From the NCBI GenBank assembly GCA_963814585.1, contig CAWFDF010000008.1, positions 160,001 to 224,000 of the forward strand: a stretch of DNA of 64,000 nt, given 5' to 3'. The position numbers and the translations under genes were made by a program. The stretch's first letter is position 1; each line of letters starts with the position of its first letter. This stretch comes from an uncultured delta proteobacterium (GTDB lineage Bacteria; Myxococcota; Myxococcia; Myxococcales; Anaeromyxobacteraceae). Shown in pieces: positions 19,422 to 33,345 of this stretch. The notes under the pieces were generated by a model. The model was not told the DNA's origin. It saw only the letters and a list, made by a program, of their open reading frames with translations, and ran no database searches.

Positions 19422-20513
19422 CTACCCCTGCCCCGTCGCCAGCCGGATCGCCTTGCAGAGCCCGGCGAAGCGCGGGATGCGCGCCGCCTCCGCCGGCGGG
19501 TGGAACGCCGCCTCGACGTGCTCCTCCGAGAGGCGCGGCACGAAGCCGGCCGGCAGCCGCGCCACGAAGGCCTCCTCGATGCAGCCTCGCACCGGTCCCG
19601 GCGGGCGCCCCAGCGAGACCGGGTCGTAGCCGAAGCCGTGGCGGTAGCCGAGCGGCGCCACGGCCACGTCGGCCCCGGTCTCCTCGCGGAGCTCGCGGCG
19701 AGCGGTCTCGATGGGCGTCTCCCCCGGATCCATCCGCCCGGTGACGGGCTGCCAGAAGCCGCCTCGCTCCGGCGCGCGCCTGAGCAGCAGCACGCGCCCG
19801 TCGGAGGCCACCGGCACCACCGAGACGGTGCGCAGCGGGTCCGGCCCCGGCGTGAGCCGCCGCCCCAGCGCCTCGGCGGCGTGCCGGGCCAGCTGGGCCT
19901 CCACCTCGTCGACCGGCGGGGCGGCCCGGCCACGCGCCGCGAGCTCGGCCGCCAGGCTGGTGACGCCGAGCCGCGGGTCGGCGATGCCGCACGGGACGAT
20001 CGCCTGGAAGTGGGCGAGATCCGGCGAGAGGTTGAAGGCGAAGCCGTGGCTGGTGATCCAGCGGGCCAGGTGGACGCCGACCGCGCCGATCTTCCTCGTC
20101 CCCACCCAGGCGCCGCGGTGCTCCTCGTGGCGGCCCGCCACCACGCCGTGATCGGCGCAGGTCCGGATCATCGCCTCCTCCAGCGCCGCCACGTAGCGGC
20201 GCACGTCGGGCCGATCGGCGAGGTCGAGCACCGGGTACCCGACCACCTGTCCGGGGCCGTGGTAGGTGACGTCGCCGCCGCGGTCGGTCTCGTGGAGCTC
20301 GAACCCCTGCGCCTCCAGCCAGGCCGGCGCGGCGATCAGGTTGGCCCGGTCGGCGCTGCGGCCGAAGGTGAGCAGCGGCGGGTGCTCGAGCAGGAAGAGG
20401 TGGTCGGTCTCCGGCGGGGTGGCCGCCCGCAGGGCGTCGCCGGCCAGGCGCATCAGCGCCAGCCCGTCCTGGTACTCGACGCGCCCGAGCCGGTGGACCT
20501 GCAGCGCCCTCAC
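19422..20513 (-). CDS. lipB: octanoyltransferase LipB with C-terminal NUDIX hydrolase domain
   Basis: LLEHPP, DRGGDVTYHGPGQ, RKIGAVG, ITSHGFA, IVPCGI; then WQPVTG and Nudix box GRMDPGETPIETARRELREETG. Confidence 0.92.
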   Translation of the reverse strand: MRALQVHRLGRVEYQDGLALMRLAGDALRAATPPETDHLFLLEHPPLLTFGRSADRANLIAAPAWLEAQGFELHETDRGGDVTYHGPGQVVGYPVLDLADRPDVRRYVAALEEAMIRTCADHGVVAGRHEEHRGAWVGTRKIGAVGVHLARWITSHGFAFNLSPDLAHFQAIVPCGIADPRLGVTSLAAELAARGRAAPPVDEVEAQLARHAAEALGRRLTPGPDPLRTVSVVPVASDGRVLLLRRAPERGGFWQPVTGRMDPGETPIETARRELREETGADVAVAPLGYRHGFGYDPVSLGRPPGPVRGCIEEAFVARLPAGFVPRLSEEHVEAAFHPPAEAARIPRFAGLCKAIRLATGQG

Positions 20514-21946
20514 GCCTTGGCGTCCGCCTTCTTGGGCCGCGCCGGGCGGTTGAGGGCGTGGATGGCCTCGCCCAGGGCCGCCTTGCAGGCCTCCATGAAG
20601 GCCTCGGGCAGCGTCGGATGGGCATGGACGGTGAGCGCCACGTCCTCGACGTAGGCCCCCATCTCCAGCGCCAGCGCCGCCTCGGCGATCAGGTCGGACG
20701 CCTCCGGTCCGCACATGGTGACGCCGAGCAGGAGGCCGGTCTTCCTGTCCCCCACCACCTTCACGAACCCTTCGGTGTGATCCATGGCGATGGCGCGTCC
20801 CAGCGCGCCGAAGGCGAACTTGCCGACCATGGGCTCGTGGCCGGCCGCCACCGCCTGCTCCTCGGAGAGGCCGACCGCCGCCACCTCCGGATCGCTGAAG
20901 ATGGCCGCCGGCATGGCCACCCAGTCGCGAGCGCTCTTCTTTCCGGCGATGACCTCGGCGGCGATCTCGCCCTCCCTGGAGGCCTTGTGGGCCAGCAGCG
21001 GTGGTCCGGAGAGATCGCCGACGGCGAAGACACTGGGCGCGCTGGTCCGGAACTGCGCGTCCACCTCGACGAAACCTCTCGGCCCGACCTTGACGCCGGC
21101 CGCCTCCAGCCCCAGGCCGTCGGTGACAGGCTTCATGCCGACCGCCACCAGGATCTTGTCGCAGGTGACGGACTGCTCGGCGCCGTCCACCTCGAACTTG
21201 ACGGCGAGCTCCTTCCCCTTCCTCTCGAAACCCCTGGCCTTGGCGTTGACGTGGACGGTGGCCTTGCGCAGTCGAAGCCCCTTCTGCACCAGCCGGACCG
21301 CCTCGGGGTCGATGCCGGCCAGGATGGTCGGCAGCGCCTCCAGGAAGGTCACCTCGCTGCCCAGCTTGGCGTAGACGGTGCCGAGCTCGAGGCCGATGAC
21401 GCCTCCGCCCACCACCACCAGCCGCCTCGGCACCTCGGGAAGGTCGACCGCCTCCCTGGCGCTCCAGACGTCCTTGCCGTCGAAGGCGAAGCCGGGGATC
21501 TCGATGGTGCGGGCGCCGGTGGCGAGGATGAAGGCCGGGGCCTCGAGGCGGAGCGGCTCGGCGCCGCCGGTCACCTCGACCGCGGTGGGCGAGACGAACC
21601 TGCCTGTCCCCTTCACCACCTCGACGCCGTTCCCCTTCTCGAGCTGGCCGACGCCACCGACCAGCTTCTTCACCACGCCGGTCTTGAACTCGCGCAGCCT
21701 GGCCACGTCCACGCGCGGGGAGTCGGCCAGGATGCCTCGCTCGGCGGCGCCCCGGACGTCCTCCACCAGGTTGGCCGCGGCGATGAGCGCCTTCGACGGG
21801 ATGCAGCCCCAGTTGAGGCAGACCCCGCCCAGCGACTCCTTCTCGACCAGCGCCACCCGCTTGCCGAGCTGGGCCAGCCGGATGGCGGCCACGTACCCGC
21901 CGGGGCCGGCGCCGACCACGACCGCGTCGAATGTCTTGGTTGCCAT
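20510..21946 (-). CDS. lpdA: dihydrolipoyl dehydrogenase (E3)
   Basis: GAGPGGY, GGVCLNWGCIPSK, HAHPTLPE. Confidence 0.97.
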   Translation of the reverse strand: MATKTFDAVVVGAGPGGYVAAIRLAQLGKRVALVEKESLGGVCLNWGCIPSKALIAAANLVEDVRGAAERGILADSPRVDVARLREFKTGVVKKLVGGVGQLEKGNGVEVVKGTGRFVSPTAVEVTGGAEPLRLEAPAFILATGARTIEIPGFAFDGKDVWSAREAVDLPEVPRRLVVVGGGVIGLELGTVYAKLGSEVTFLEALPTILAGIDPEAVRLVQKGLRLRKATVHVNAKARGFERKGKELAVKFEVDGAEQSVTCDKILVAVGMKPVTDGLGLEAAGVKVGPRGFVEVDAQFRTSAPSVFAVGDLSGPPLLAHKASREGEIAAEVIAGKKSARDWVAMPAAIFSDPEVAAVGLSEEQAVAAGHEPMVGKFAFGALGRAIAMDHTEGFVKVVGDRKTGLLLGVTMCGPEASDLIAEAALALEMGAYVEDVALTVHAHPTLPEAFMEACKAALGEAIHALNRPARPKKADAKA

Positions 21947-21987
21947 GTGCTCCCTCGCTTGGTGCCCGGGTGAATATACGCCCGGGG

Positions 21988-22827
21988 TCAGTCCCGCGCT
22001 CGCTTGCGCCGCCGCCTCAGCTCCCGCTCGTCGACCAGGGGCGGCGTCGCCGGCCGGATCCCGGTGAGCCGCTGCACCACCGCCCCCGCCGCGGCCAGCC
22101 CGAAGGCGCCGGTGACGAAGGCGATCGAGCCGTGGCACCTCGGCTCCCTGCGCCGAGGCCCCTCCCCGCGCGGGCGCGTCCCCGGGATCCCGGCCTCGTC
22201 CCCGGGCAGCGGGAGCGCGCGGCGCGGCGGCTCGATCGACCAGACCGCCAGCACGCCGGTCGGGGCGCTGGCCGAGATGCCGAACCGCTTGCGCAGGTAC
22301 TTGCGGACGTCCTTGGCCAGCTGGTCGGTGTGCGAGTCGCACAGGTCGGTCACCTGGATGGCGGTCGGATCGACCCGCCGCGCGGCGCCCAGGGCGGTGA
22401 CCACCGGGATCCCCAGCGTCAGGCACCGGTCGATGACGTGGAGCTTCGCCACCACCGTGTCCATGGCGTCGACGACGAAGTCGACGCCGGCGGGAGGAAC
22501 CAGCCGCTCGGCGGTCGACTCGTCGTAGCGGACCGCCACCGGCGTGACGGCGCCAGTCGAGATGCGCGAGAGCCGCTCGGCCAGGGCCTCGGCCTTGAGC
22601 CTGCCCACCTCGCCGTCGAGCGCGTGGAGCTGCCGGTTGACGTTGGTCTCGTCCACCCGCTCGCCGTCGACCAGCGTGAGCCGCCCCACCCCGGCGCGGG
22701 CCAGCGCCTCGGCGGTGAAGGAGCCGACGCCGCCGAGCCCGAGCACCACCACGTGGGATCGGGCCAGCCGCGCCTGGGCCTCCGCGCCCAGCAGCCGGGC
22801 GTTCCGGTCGAGCCGCGGCGGGATCAT
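21988..22827 (-). CDS. tcdA: ThiF-family tRNA threonylcarbamoyladenosine dehydratase
   Basis: GLGGVGS, TNVNRQLHA, VVDAMD, ALGAARRVDPT, VWSIE, GSIAFVTGAFG. Confidence 0.8.
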   Translation of the reverse strand: MIPPRLDRNARLLGAEAQARLARSHVVVLGLGGVGSFTAEALARAGVGRLTLVDGERVDETNVNRQLHALDGEVGRLKAEALAERLSRISTGAVTPVAVRYDESTAERLVPPAGVDFVVDAMDTVVAKLHVIDRCLTLGIPVVTALGAARRVDPTAIQVTDLCDSHTDQLAKDVRKYLRKRFGISASAPTGVLAVWSIEPPRRALPLPGDEAGIPGTRPRGEGPRRREPRCHGSIAFVTGAFGLAAAGAVVQRLTGIRPATPPLVDERELRRRRKRARD

Positions 22828-23624
22828 CGCGCCCCCCCGGCGGCCGGCGGCGCCGGCAGGAACAGCCGCCTGGCGTTGGCGCTGGTGAGGGCGTCCACCT
22901 CCGCCACCGGGCGACCCAGCGCCGCGGCCAGCGCCGCGGCGGTCTCGGCCAGCCAGGCCGGCTCGCAGCGGCCGCGGTGAGGGCGCGGGGTCTGGTCGGG
23001 TCCGTCGGTCTCGAGCAGCAGCCGGTCGGGCGGCACCGCGCGCGCCGCCAGCAGCGGCCTCCTGGCCCCCGGCCAGGTGATGGCGCCGGCGAAGGAGAAG
23101 TGGAGCCCGAGCGCGGCGAACGGCGCCGCCTGCTCCGCCGAGCCGGAGTAGCTGTGGAGGGCGCCGCCGAACGGCAGGCCGTCGCGCTCCAGCACCGGGA
23201 GGAGCGCCGGGAGCGCGTGCAGCGCGTGGAGCGAGACCGGCAGCCGGTGCTTGCGAGCCAGCGCCAGCTGCCCCTCCAGCACCGCCACCTGGCGCTCCAT
23301 CGAGGCCCCCTCCCCGACGCTCCCGCCGTCGAGGCCGCACTCCCCCACCGCCACCACGCCGCCGCCTCGGAGGGCCGCGTCGAGATCGGCGAGCCGGCGG
23401 TCGTCGCCGCCCGGGTCGAGGTCGGGGAGGAGCTGCGGGTGGATCCCCAGCCCCGCGTGGAGGCCAGGCGTGGCGCTCGCCAGCGCCAGCAGGCGCGCCC
23501 AGCCATCCGGGCCGATGGCCGGGACCAGGACGTCGGTGACGCCGGCTCGGCGGGCCCGCTCGACCACGTCGCCGCGGTCGGCGTCGAAGACCGGGAGGTC
23601 GAGGTGGCAATGGGTGTCGAACAC
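22824..23624 (-). CDS. TatD-family hydrolase
   Basis: DTHCHLD, GIHP, AVGECGLD, LHSYSG, LLLETDGP. Confidence 0.92.
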   Translation of the reverse strand: MFDTHCHLDLPVFDADRGDVVERARRAGVTDVLVPAIGPDGWARLLALASATPGLHAGLGIHPQLLPDLDPGGDDRRLADLDAALRGGGVVAVGECGLDGGSVGEGASMERQVAVLEGQLALARKHRLPVSLHALHALPALLPVLERDGLPFGGALHSYSGSAEQAAPFAALGLHFSFAGAITWPGARRPLLAARAVPPDRLLLETDGPDQTPRPHRGRCEPAWLAETAAALAAALGRPVAEVDALTSANARRLFLPAPPAAGGAR

Positions 23625-23633
23625 GCGGTGGGT

Positions 23634-24957
23634 TCAGACCAGCCGCATGAAGAGCAGCCCCGGCTCCTCGAGGTACTTGATCACCTCGTAGCAGAAGGCC
23701 GCCGCCTCGTGGCCGTCCACCACCCGGTGATCGCTGGTGACCGAGACGTGCATCACGTCGCGGATGACGATCTGGCCGTCCCGCACCACCGGGGTCGGGC
23801 GCATCCGGTGGATGCCGAGGATGCCCACCTCGGGGTGGTTGAGCACCGGCGTGGCGAACATCCCGCCCAGGGCGCCGAGGCTGGTGATGGTGAAGGTGGA
23901 GTGGCCGTGGTCCTCGGCGCGGGCCCGGCCGGCCCTGGCGTCGGCCGAGAGCCGATCGAATCTCGCGGGCCAGGTCGAGCAGCGAGCGCGCGTCCGCGCC
24001 CCGGACCACCGGCACCAGCAGCCCCTGCTCGGTGGCCGCGGCGATGCCGATGTCCCAGTGCCTCTTGATGACGATCTCGCCGGCCTCCTCGTCGAGCTCG
24101 GCGTTGAGCTTCGGGTGGGCCTGGAGCGCCGCCACCACCGCCTTGACGACGAAGGGCAGGAAGGTGAGCTTGACGCCCTCGGCCCCGGCGCCGGCCGTCA
24201 TCCGCTCCTTCAGGCGGACCAGCTCGGTCACGTCGCACTGCTCGACGAAGGTGAAATGGGCGGCGGTCCGCTTGGAGAGCGCCATCTTCTCGGCGATCTT
24301 CCTGCGGACGCCGCGCAGCGGGATCCGCTCGTCGGTGCCGCGCGAGACCCGCGGCACGGCGCGGCGCTCCGGCTCCCGGCCGCCGCCCTCCTGGTCACCA
24401 CCACCCTGGAAGGCCTGCAGGTCCTGCTTGGTGACCCGACCGCCCTCGCCTGTCCCCGCCACCCGCTGCAGGTCGAGCTCCAGCTCCCTGGCCAGCGCCC
24501 GGACCGCCGGGGTGGCGAGCGCCCGCCTGCCCGCAGGGCGGACCGCCTCGGCCCGGGGAGCGGCCGGACGGGCGGGCGCGGAGGCGGGGGCGGGCCCGGT
24601 CGAAGCCTGGGCCGCGGCCGCCGCCGTATTCGCGGGCGCGGGCGCGGGCGCGGGCGCCGCCGGGGTCGAGGGCGAGGCCGGGGCCGCCTTCGCCTTCGCT
24701 GGCGGAGCGGCGGCCGAGTCCGACGGCTCGAGCTCGATCAACGCCGAGTGGACCCTGGCGACGTCCCCCTCCTTCCAGCAGCGGCGCAGCACCCGCCCGC
24801 GCCTCGGCGACGGGATGGTGACGGTGGCCTTGTCGGTCATCACCTCGACCAGCGGCTGGTCCTCGGCCACCTCCTCACCCTCGGTGACGAACCACCTCAC
24901 GATCTCGGCCTCGACGACCCCCTCGCCGATGTCGGGCAGCTCCAGCGTGTAGGACAT
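23634..24957 (-). CDS. dihydrolipoamide acyltransferase (E2), +1 frameshift near 23959
   Basis: Lipoyl domain EVMTDKAT, E3-binding ATPAVR, catalytic STFTITSLG and DHRVVDG; span 1324 nt (3n+1), with ATTC where ATC would restore the frame. Confidence 0.9.
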
Positions 24958-24974
24958 GGCGAGCCTCGCTTCGG

Positions 24975-25949
<975 letters not shown>

Positions 25950-25961
25950 GCCGGCGCTCGC

Positions 25962-27158
25962 TCAGCCTTCCACGTGGCGGGGGTTGGCGACGCGCGGATC
26001 GGCGTCCATGGCCTTCTTCAGCTCCGCCAGCTGCTCGCGCTGCGCCCAGCCCGGCTCGGCGTAGACGTCCTCGAACAGCGACTCCACCGGAGGCCTGGGC
26101 GGGAGGGCCTCGGCCTCCCTGAGCGCCGCCTGGATCTCGATCCGGACCTCCTCGCGCAGCGCCTCGTCGCCGGCCTCGTCGAGGAGGCCGCGCGCCGCCA
26201 GCAGCTTCTGGACCCGCTGGATGGGATCCTTGCGCTTCCACGGCTCGACCACCTCGGCGGGCCGGTAGGCGCGCGGGTCGTCGGAGGTGGAGTGACCCTC
26301 CATCCGGTAGGTGACCAGCTCCAGCAGCGTCGGCCCCTCCCCGGCCGCCGCCCGCTGCCGGGCCCGCCGCGTGGCGGTCCACACCGCGACCAGGTCGTTG
26401 CCGTCCACCCGCTCGCCGCGCATGCCGTAGGCGATGGCCTTCTGGGCCATGGTCTCGGAGACGGTCTGGCTGGCCGAGGGCGTGCTGATGGCCCAGCCGT
26501 TGTTGCGGCAGGCGAAGAGCACCGGGACCTTCATGACGGCGGCGAAGTTGAGCCCGGTGTGGAAGTCGTGGGCGCTGGTGGAGCCGTCGCCGAAGAAGGC
26601 GACCGGGACCATGTCGTCCCCCTGGATCCGCGCCGCCCAGGAGGCCCCCACCGCCTGGGACAGCTGCGTGGCGATGGGCGAGCTGATGGAGACGAAGTGG
26701 CCTGGCGCCCAGGTCTCGTGGCAGGGCATCTGCCGGCCCTGGACGACGTCCCCGGAGTTGCCGAAGAGGTTGGCCATGAAGGTGACCAGCGGCAGGCCGC
26801 GCATGAGGGCGGCGCCGTGCTCGCGGTAGGAGGGGAAGATCCAGTCCTGCGGGTGGAGCGCCGCCACGGTGCCGAACACCGTCGCCTCCTCCCCGATGGC
26901 GCCGATGTAGAAGCCGATGCGCCCCTGGCGCTGCAGCGTGATCATCCGCTCGTCGAGCGAGCGCCCCAGCACCATCCAGCGGTAGAGGGCCAGCAGCTCC
27001 GCCTCCGGCATCTCCAGCTCGGCGCCGGCGACCAGCCGTCCCTCCTCGTCCACCACCCGGTAGACCGGGAACTCCTCCAGGAAGCGACCCGGGGCCCACT
27101 CCCTCGCCGTGCCGATGTCGGGGCGGACCCGGGCCCGGTGCGCCCGCTCCCGCCTCAT
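25962..27158 (-). CDS. 2-oxoacid dehydrogenase E1 alpha subunit
   Basis: [17 protein letters not shown], ThDP motif GDGSTS...[18 protein letters not shown]. Confidence 0.93.
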   Translation of the reverse strand: MRRERAHRARVRPDIGTAREWAPGRFLEEFPVYRVVDEEGRLVAGAELEMPEAELLALYRWMVLGRSLDERMITLQRQGRIGFYIGAIGEEATVFGTVAALHPQDWIFPSYREHGAALMRGLPLVTFMANLFGNSGDVVQGRQMPCHETWAPGHFVSISSPIATQLSQAVGASWAARIQGDDMVPVAFFGDGSTSAHDFHTGLNFAAVMKVPVLFACRNNGWAISTPSASQTVSETMAQKAIAYGMRGERVDGNDLVAVWTATRRARQRAAAGEGPTLLELVTYRMEGHSTSDDPRAYRPAEVVEPWKRKDPIQRVQKLLAARGLLDEAGDEALREEVRIEIQAALREAEALPPRPPVESLFEDVYAEPGWAQREQLAELKKAMDADPRVANPRHVEG

Positions 27159-28156
27159 CGCGCCTCCACGGGGCCGGGCACCGGCCGCGCCGCCAGCTCG
27201 CCCCGGAGGAACAGCTCCGCGGCCCGGTAGGAGGAGCGGACCAGCGGGCCGCTGGCCACGTAGCGGAAGCCCAGGGCCAGCCCCTGCTGGCGCAGCGCCT
27301 CGAACCGCTCCGGCGGGACGAACTCGGCCACCGGCAGGTGCCAGGCGCTCGGCCGCAGGTACTGGCCCAGGGTCAGGATCTCCACGCCGTGGGCCCGCAG
27401 GTCGCGCATGGTCTCCACCACCTCGGCCTCGGCCTCGCCCAGCCCGACCATGATCGACGACTTGGTGACCACGCCGGGGAACTCGGCCTTCATGAGGGCC
27501 AGCACGTCGAGCGTCTGCTGGTAGCCGGCCCGGGCGTCCCGCACCACCGGGGTCAGCCGCCGCACCGTCTCGATGTTGTTGGCGAAGACGTCGGGCGCGG
27601 CTCGCCCCACGGTCCGGACGGCCTCGGCGTCCCCCTGGAAGTCGGGCGTCAGCACCTCGACCAGCAGGCCGGGGATGGCCTTGAGCCGCCGGATGGCGTC
27701 GGCGAAGTGGGCGGCACCGCCGTCGGGCAGGTCGTCGCGATCGACGCTGGTCACGACGATGTAGTCGAGCCCGAGCGCGGCCACCGCCTCGGCCAGGTGA
27801 CGCGGCTCGTCAGCGTCGAGCGCCGGCGGACGAGCGGCCGTCTTCACCTGGCAGAAGCGGCACCCGCGCGTGCAGGTGTCGCCCATCAGCATGACCGTGG
27901 CGGTCCCGCCCCCCCAGCACTCGCCGACGTTGGGGCAGTGGGCCTCGGCACAGACGGTGTGCAGCTTCAAGGTCGTGAGGGTGGCCTTGACCTGCTGGTA
28001 GCGCTCCCCGCCCGGCACCGGCACCCGGAGCCAGCGCGGCTTCGGGGCCTGGATGGGCAGTCCCTGACCCCACATCGAACTGGCCAGCTCGCGCCGGGAG
28101 CTCGGCCCCGGATCGGGACTGACGATTGGCAAGCGCTGGCGCGTGGTGCCGGACAT
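27155..28156 (-). CDS. lipA: lipoyl synthase
   Basis: [31 protein letters not shown]. Confidence 0.97.
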   Translation of the reverse strand: MSGTTRQRLPIVSPDPGPSSRRELASSMWGQGLPIQAPKPRWLRVPVPGGERYQQVKATLTTLKLHTVCAEAHCPNVGECWGGGTATVMLMGDTCTRGCRFCQVKTAARPPALDADEPRHLAEAVAALGLDYIVVTSVDRDDLPDGGAAHFADAIRRLKAIPGLLVEVLTPDFQGDAEAVRTVGRAAPDVFANNIETVRRLTPVVRDARAGYQQTLDVLALMKAEFPGVVTKSSIMVGLGEAEAEVVETMRDLRAHGVEILTLGQYLRPSAWHLPVAEFVPPERFEALRQQGLALGFRYVASGPLVRSSYRAAELFLRGELAARPVPGPVEAR

Positions 28157-28238
28157 GGTGATGGCGGCGACTTATCCGCGACGGGCCCCGGGGTCAAGGT
28201 TCAGAGGGGCCGTGGAGCGATGTTATGCTGGATTCCCG

Positions 28239-29237
28239 ATGACCGCCCAGGCACAGGCACCTGCCTCCGCGCTGCGCGACGCCCAGGGGCGGAGCATCAG
28301 CTACCTGCGGCTCTCGCTCACCGATCGCTGCAACTTCCGCTGCAGCTACTGCTCGCCGCTCTCGCTGGAGCACCACGAAGATCCGCTCACCCGCCCCGAG
28401 GTGGCGCGGCTCACCGGCATCTTCGCGTCGCTGGGCATCCGCCGCGTCCGCCTCACCGGCGGGGAGCCGACGCTGCGCCGCGACCTGGTGGAGATCGTCC
28501 GGGACGTGGCTGGCTGCCGCGGGATCGAGGAGGTGGCGCTCACCACCAACGGCCAGGCGCTGGCGGAGCTGGCCGGGCCGCTGCGCGCCGCCGGGGCCGC
28601 CCGCATCAACATCTCGCTCGACACCCTCCACCCGGAGCGGCTGGTGGCCATCTCCGGCCGCGCCGCCTCGCTCCAGCGCATCACCGAGGGGATCGCCGCG
28701 GCGGGGGCGGCTGGCTTCCTCTCGGTGAAGCTCAACGTGGTGGTGATGAAGGGCGTGAACGACGGCGAGCTGGCCGAGCTGGCCCGCTTCGGCTGGCGCC
28801 ACGGCGCCATCGTGCGCTTCATCGAGCTGATGCCCTTCGGGAAGGGGGTGCCGGTCCCGCTCGCCGAGGTGCGGCGGCTGCTCACGGCGCAGGGGCTGCG
28901 GCTGGAGCCCGACGCCACACGCGGCTGGGGGCCGGCCTCGCACATGCGTGGCTTCGGCGACGGGGCGCCGCCGGCGGGCGGCCTGCTCGGCTTCATCGGC
29001 GCCATGACCGAGAACTTCTGCGAGGGCTGCAACCGGGTCCGGGTCGCCGCCGACGGCTCGCTGCGCGCCTGCCTGGGCGGGCGCGACCAGGTGTCGCTCA
29101 AGGCGCTGCTGCGCGACGGCACGCCGGACGGGGCCATCGGCGCCCAGATCGTGGCCGCGCTGGGGCGGAAGTCAGAGCGCCACGAGATGGGCACCCCCGG
29201 GAACAAGCTGCTGCCGATGGTGGGGACGGGGGGGTAG
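28239..29237 (+). CDS. moaA: GTP 3',8-cyclase MoaA
   Basis: YLRLSLTDRCNFRCSYC, RLTGGEP, FCEGCNRVR...C, C-terminal GG. Confidence 0.95.
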   Translation: MTAQAQAPASALRDAQGRSISYLRLSLTDRCNFRCSYCSPLSLEHHEDPLTRPEVARLTGIFASLGIRRVRLTGGEPTLRRDLVEIVRDVAGCRGIEEVALTTNGQALAELAGPLRAAGAARINISLDTLHPERLVAISGRAASLQRITEGIAAAGAAGFLSVKLNVVVMKGVNDGELAELARFGWRHGAIVRFIELMPFGKGVPVPLAEVRRLLTAQGLRLEPDATRGWGPASHMRGFGDGAPPAGGLLGFIGAMTENFCEGCNRVRVAADGSLRACLGGRDQVSLKALLRDGTPDGAIGAQIVAALGRKSERHEMGTPGNKLLPMVGTGG

Positions 29238-29283
29238 GCGGAGCCGGGGAGGCGGCGCGCCCTGCGGGACGCGCCAATCAGGC

Positions 29284-29703
29284 CTACGCGGCCGCCCCGT
29301 GCGGCTTCACGTTGGCGCGGATCCACTCCACCGTGGTCTGCGTGGTGGTGCCGGGCAGGAAGAGCTCGGCGACGCCCTTGGCCTTGAGCTTGGGCACGTC
29401 GTCCTGGGGGATGATGCCGCCGCCGAAGACCTGGATGTCCGAGGCCTTGTTCGCCGCCAGCAGCTCGATGACCGCCGGGAAGATGGTCATGTGCGCGCCG
29501 GAGAGGATGGAGAGGCCGACCGCGTCGACGTCCTCCTGGATGGCGGTGGCCACGATCATCTCCGGGGTCTGGTGCAGGCCGGTGTAGATGACCTCGATGC
29601 CGGCGTCGCGCAGCGCCCGGGCGATGATCTTGGCGCCGCGGTCGTGGCCGTCGAGGCCGGGCTTGGCAACCAGGATGCGGAGCTGACGGTTCACGGTGCT
29701 CAT
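29284..29703 (-). CDS. methylmalonyl-CoA mutase cobalamin-binding small subunit
   Basis: [26 protein letters not shown]. Confidence 0.93.
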   Translation of the reverse strand: MSTVNRQLRILVAKPGLDGHDRGAKIIARALRDAGIEVIYTGLHQTPEMIVATAIQEDVDAVGLSILSGAHMTIFPAVIELLAANKASDIQVFGGGIIPQDDVPKLKAKGVAELFLPGTTTQTTVEWIRANVKPHGAAA

Positions 29704-30443
29704 GGCTTCTCCAGCAGGGCGATGAGGTCTGGCGCCTCGGGTCCAGGCAGGCCGCCGGCAATCGTCGTGGTGCTCGTCACGTCCGTGAGGAGGAGCCCGG
29801 CGCGCCGCGCGAGGGGCTCCCACTCCGAGGGACTGTAGTACCTCAAATGGGCCGTCCCTTCCAGCCGGCTCCCGTCGGCGCGCAGCAGCCGCCGGGCGCA
29901 GCGATCCACGCCGGTCCGCGCGTCGAACTCGGAGACCTCCTCGACCACCCCGCCATCCGCCAGGGTCCGCCGGGCCTCGGCCCGCGGCTGGCGCGCCAGC
30001 GCCAGCGGGTTGGCGTGGTGGACCAGCAGCCGCCCGCCCCGCCGCAGCGGGCGGGCCGCCTCGCGCAGGACGGCCTCGTTCCCGGCCTCGTCGTACATGA
30101 AGAGCGAGGCGTACCAGGAGAAGGCGGCGTCGAAGCGCCCCTCCCGGAGCGGCAGGGCCCTCAGGTCGCCGCGCAGCCAGCCGACGCCCGCGGGCGGTGG
30201 ACCGGCGCGGCGCAGCGGCTCGGGCCAGCGCTCCAACCCGCAGCACCACCCCACCCGCCCGGCCAGCGCCCGCGCATGGCGGCCGTGGCCACAGCCCAGG
30301 TCGAGCAGCCGGTCGCTCCGCGCCAGCCCCATCAGCTCGGCGATCCGGGCCGCCTCGACGGCCGTGAGGCGCGCCGTCAGCAGGTCGACCGCCGTGGCCA
30401 GGTAGAGGTCGCCGCCGTAGTAGCCGTCGGTCCAGTCGCCCAC
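29700..30443 (-). CDS. class I SAM-dependent methyltransferase
   Basis: [30 protein letters not shown]. Confidence 0.85.
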   Translation of the reverse strand: MGDWTDGYYGGDLYLATAVDLLTARLTAVEAARIAELMGLARSDRLLDLGCGHGRHARALAGRVGWCCGLERWPEPLRRAGPPPAGVGWLRGDLRALPLREGRFDAAFSWYASLFMYDEAGNEAVLREAARPLRRGGRLLVHHANPLALARQPRAEARRTLADGGVVEEVSEFDARTGVDRCARRLLRADGSRLEGTAHLRYYSPSEWEPLARRAGLLLTDVTSTTTIAGGLPGPEAPDLIALLEKP

Positions 30444-30474
30444 GCGCCCGCCCGCCTCCGCGCCGCCCGGGCCG

Positions 30475-32157
<1,683 letters not shown>

Positions 32158-32244
32158 GCCGATCTCAGTAACCGCTCGGGAGCCAAAACGGAAGGGGGAA
32201 GCGGTGGCCCCGCTCCGATGGCCCCCGGCCGGCCAGGTGGGGCC

Positions 32245-33345
32245 TCACGCCCTTCGCGGCACGATCCGGACGGCCGGGGCCTTCACCACCGCCGCCACCC
32301 GCCGGCCGGCGGCCAGCCCGAGCCGCTCGGCGCTGGCCCGCGTCACCAGCGCCACCAGCCGGGCGCCGCAGTCGACGACGATGCGCGAGAGCGGCCCCTC
32401 GTCGCGCCGCGACGCGACCACCCCGGCCAGCCGGTTTCGCGCCGAGGAGTCGTGGCCCCCGGCCGGCTCCAGCACCACCTCCTCGGCGCGGATGCAGGCG
32501 TAGGCCTCGTCCTCGACGCCGCCGGGATCGACCGCCACCAGCTCGACGCCGCCCGGGCCGGCCGTCCGGACCACCACCAGCCCCTCCTCCCGCCGCACCA
32601 GCCTCGACGGGAAGACGTTCTCCGTGCCCACCGCCCGCGCCACCTCCGCGTCGACCGGGGCCGAAAAGACCTCGTGGACCGGGCCGATCTGCCGGATGGC
32701 GCCGTCGACGAGCACGGCCAGCCGGTCCCCGAGCGCCAGCGCCTCGAGCCGATCGTGCGTGACCACCACGGCCGGCACGCCGGCCTGCTCGAGCAGGTGG
32801 CGCAGCTCGCCCCGCAGCGCCTCCCGGGTGGGCGCGTCGAGGGCGGAGAGCGGCTCGTCGAGCAGCAGCAGACGGGGGCGGGGCGCCAGGGCCCGGCCCA
32901 GGGCCACGCGCTGCTTCTGCCCTCCCGAGAGCTGCGCCGGGCGCCGGTCCATGAGCTCGACGACGCCGAGCCGCCCCGCCAGCTCGGCCACCCGCGCCTG
33001 GCGCTCGGCGCGCGGGAGCCGGTGCAGGCCGTAGCCGAGGTTGGCCGCCACCGACAGGTGCGGGAAGAGCGCGTCGTCCTGGAAGATCAGCCCCACGCCG
33101 CGCGCCTGCGGCGTGACGTCGATCCCCAGCCGCGCGTCGAACCAGGTCTCTGCGCCGAAGCGGATGGACCCCTCGTCGGGACGGTCGAGCCCGGCCAGGG
33201 CCCGCAGCACCGTGGACTTGCCCGAACCCGACGCCCCGAAGAGGACCGTGACCGGCGCGCCCTCGAGCGGCCACGCCCCCCGCGCCGAGACCACCGGGCC
33301 CCGCCGGAAGCGCCGGACCACCTCGAAGGTCAGCGCTCGTTCCAT
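32245..33345 (-). CDS. modC: molybdate ABC transporter ATP-binding protein
   Basis: GASGSGKS, LSGGQKQR, LLLDEP, C-terminal TOBE (SSARNRL). Confidence 0.9.
   Translation of the reverse strand: MERALTFEVVRRFRRGPVVSARGAWPLEGAPVTVLFGASGSGKSTVLRALAGLDRPDEGSIRFGAETWFDARLGIDVTPQARGVGLIFQDDALFPHLSVAANLGYGLHRLPRAERQARVAELAGRLGVVELMDRRPAQLSGGQKQRVALGRALAPRPRLLLLDEPLSALDAPTREALRGELRHLLEQAGVPAVVVTHDRLEALALGDRLAVLVDGAIRQIGPVHEVFSAPVDAEVARAVGTENVFPSRLVRREEGLVVVRTAGPGGVELVAVDPGGVEDEAYACIRAEEVVLEPAGGHDSSARNRLAGVVASRRDEGPLSRIVVDCGARLVALVTRASAERLGLAAGRRVAAVVKAPAVRIVPRRA

Noticed and set aside
24630..24660. GCGGGC tandem repeat
   Set aside because: Encodes the PAPAPA flexible linker of E2; an ordinary coding repeat.
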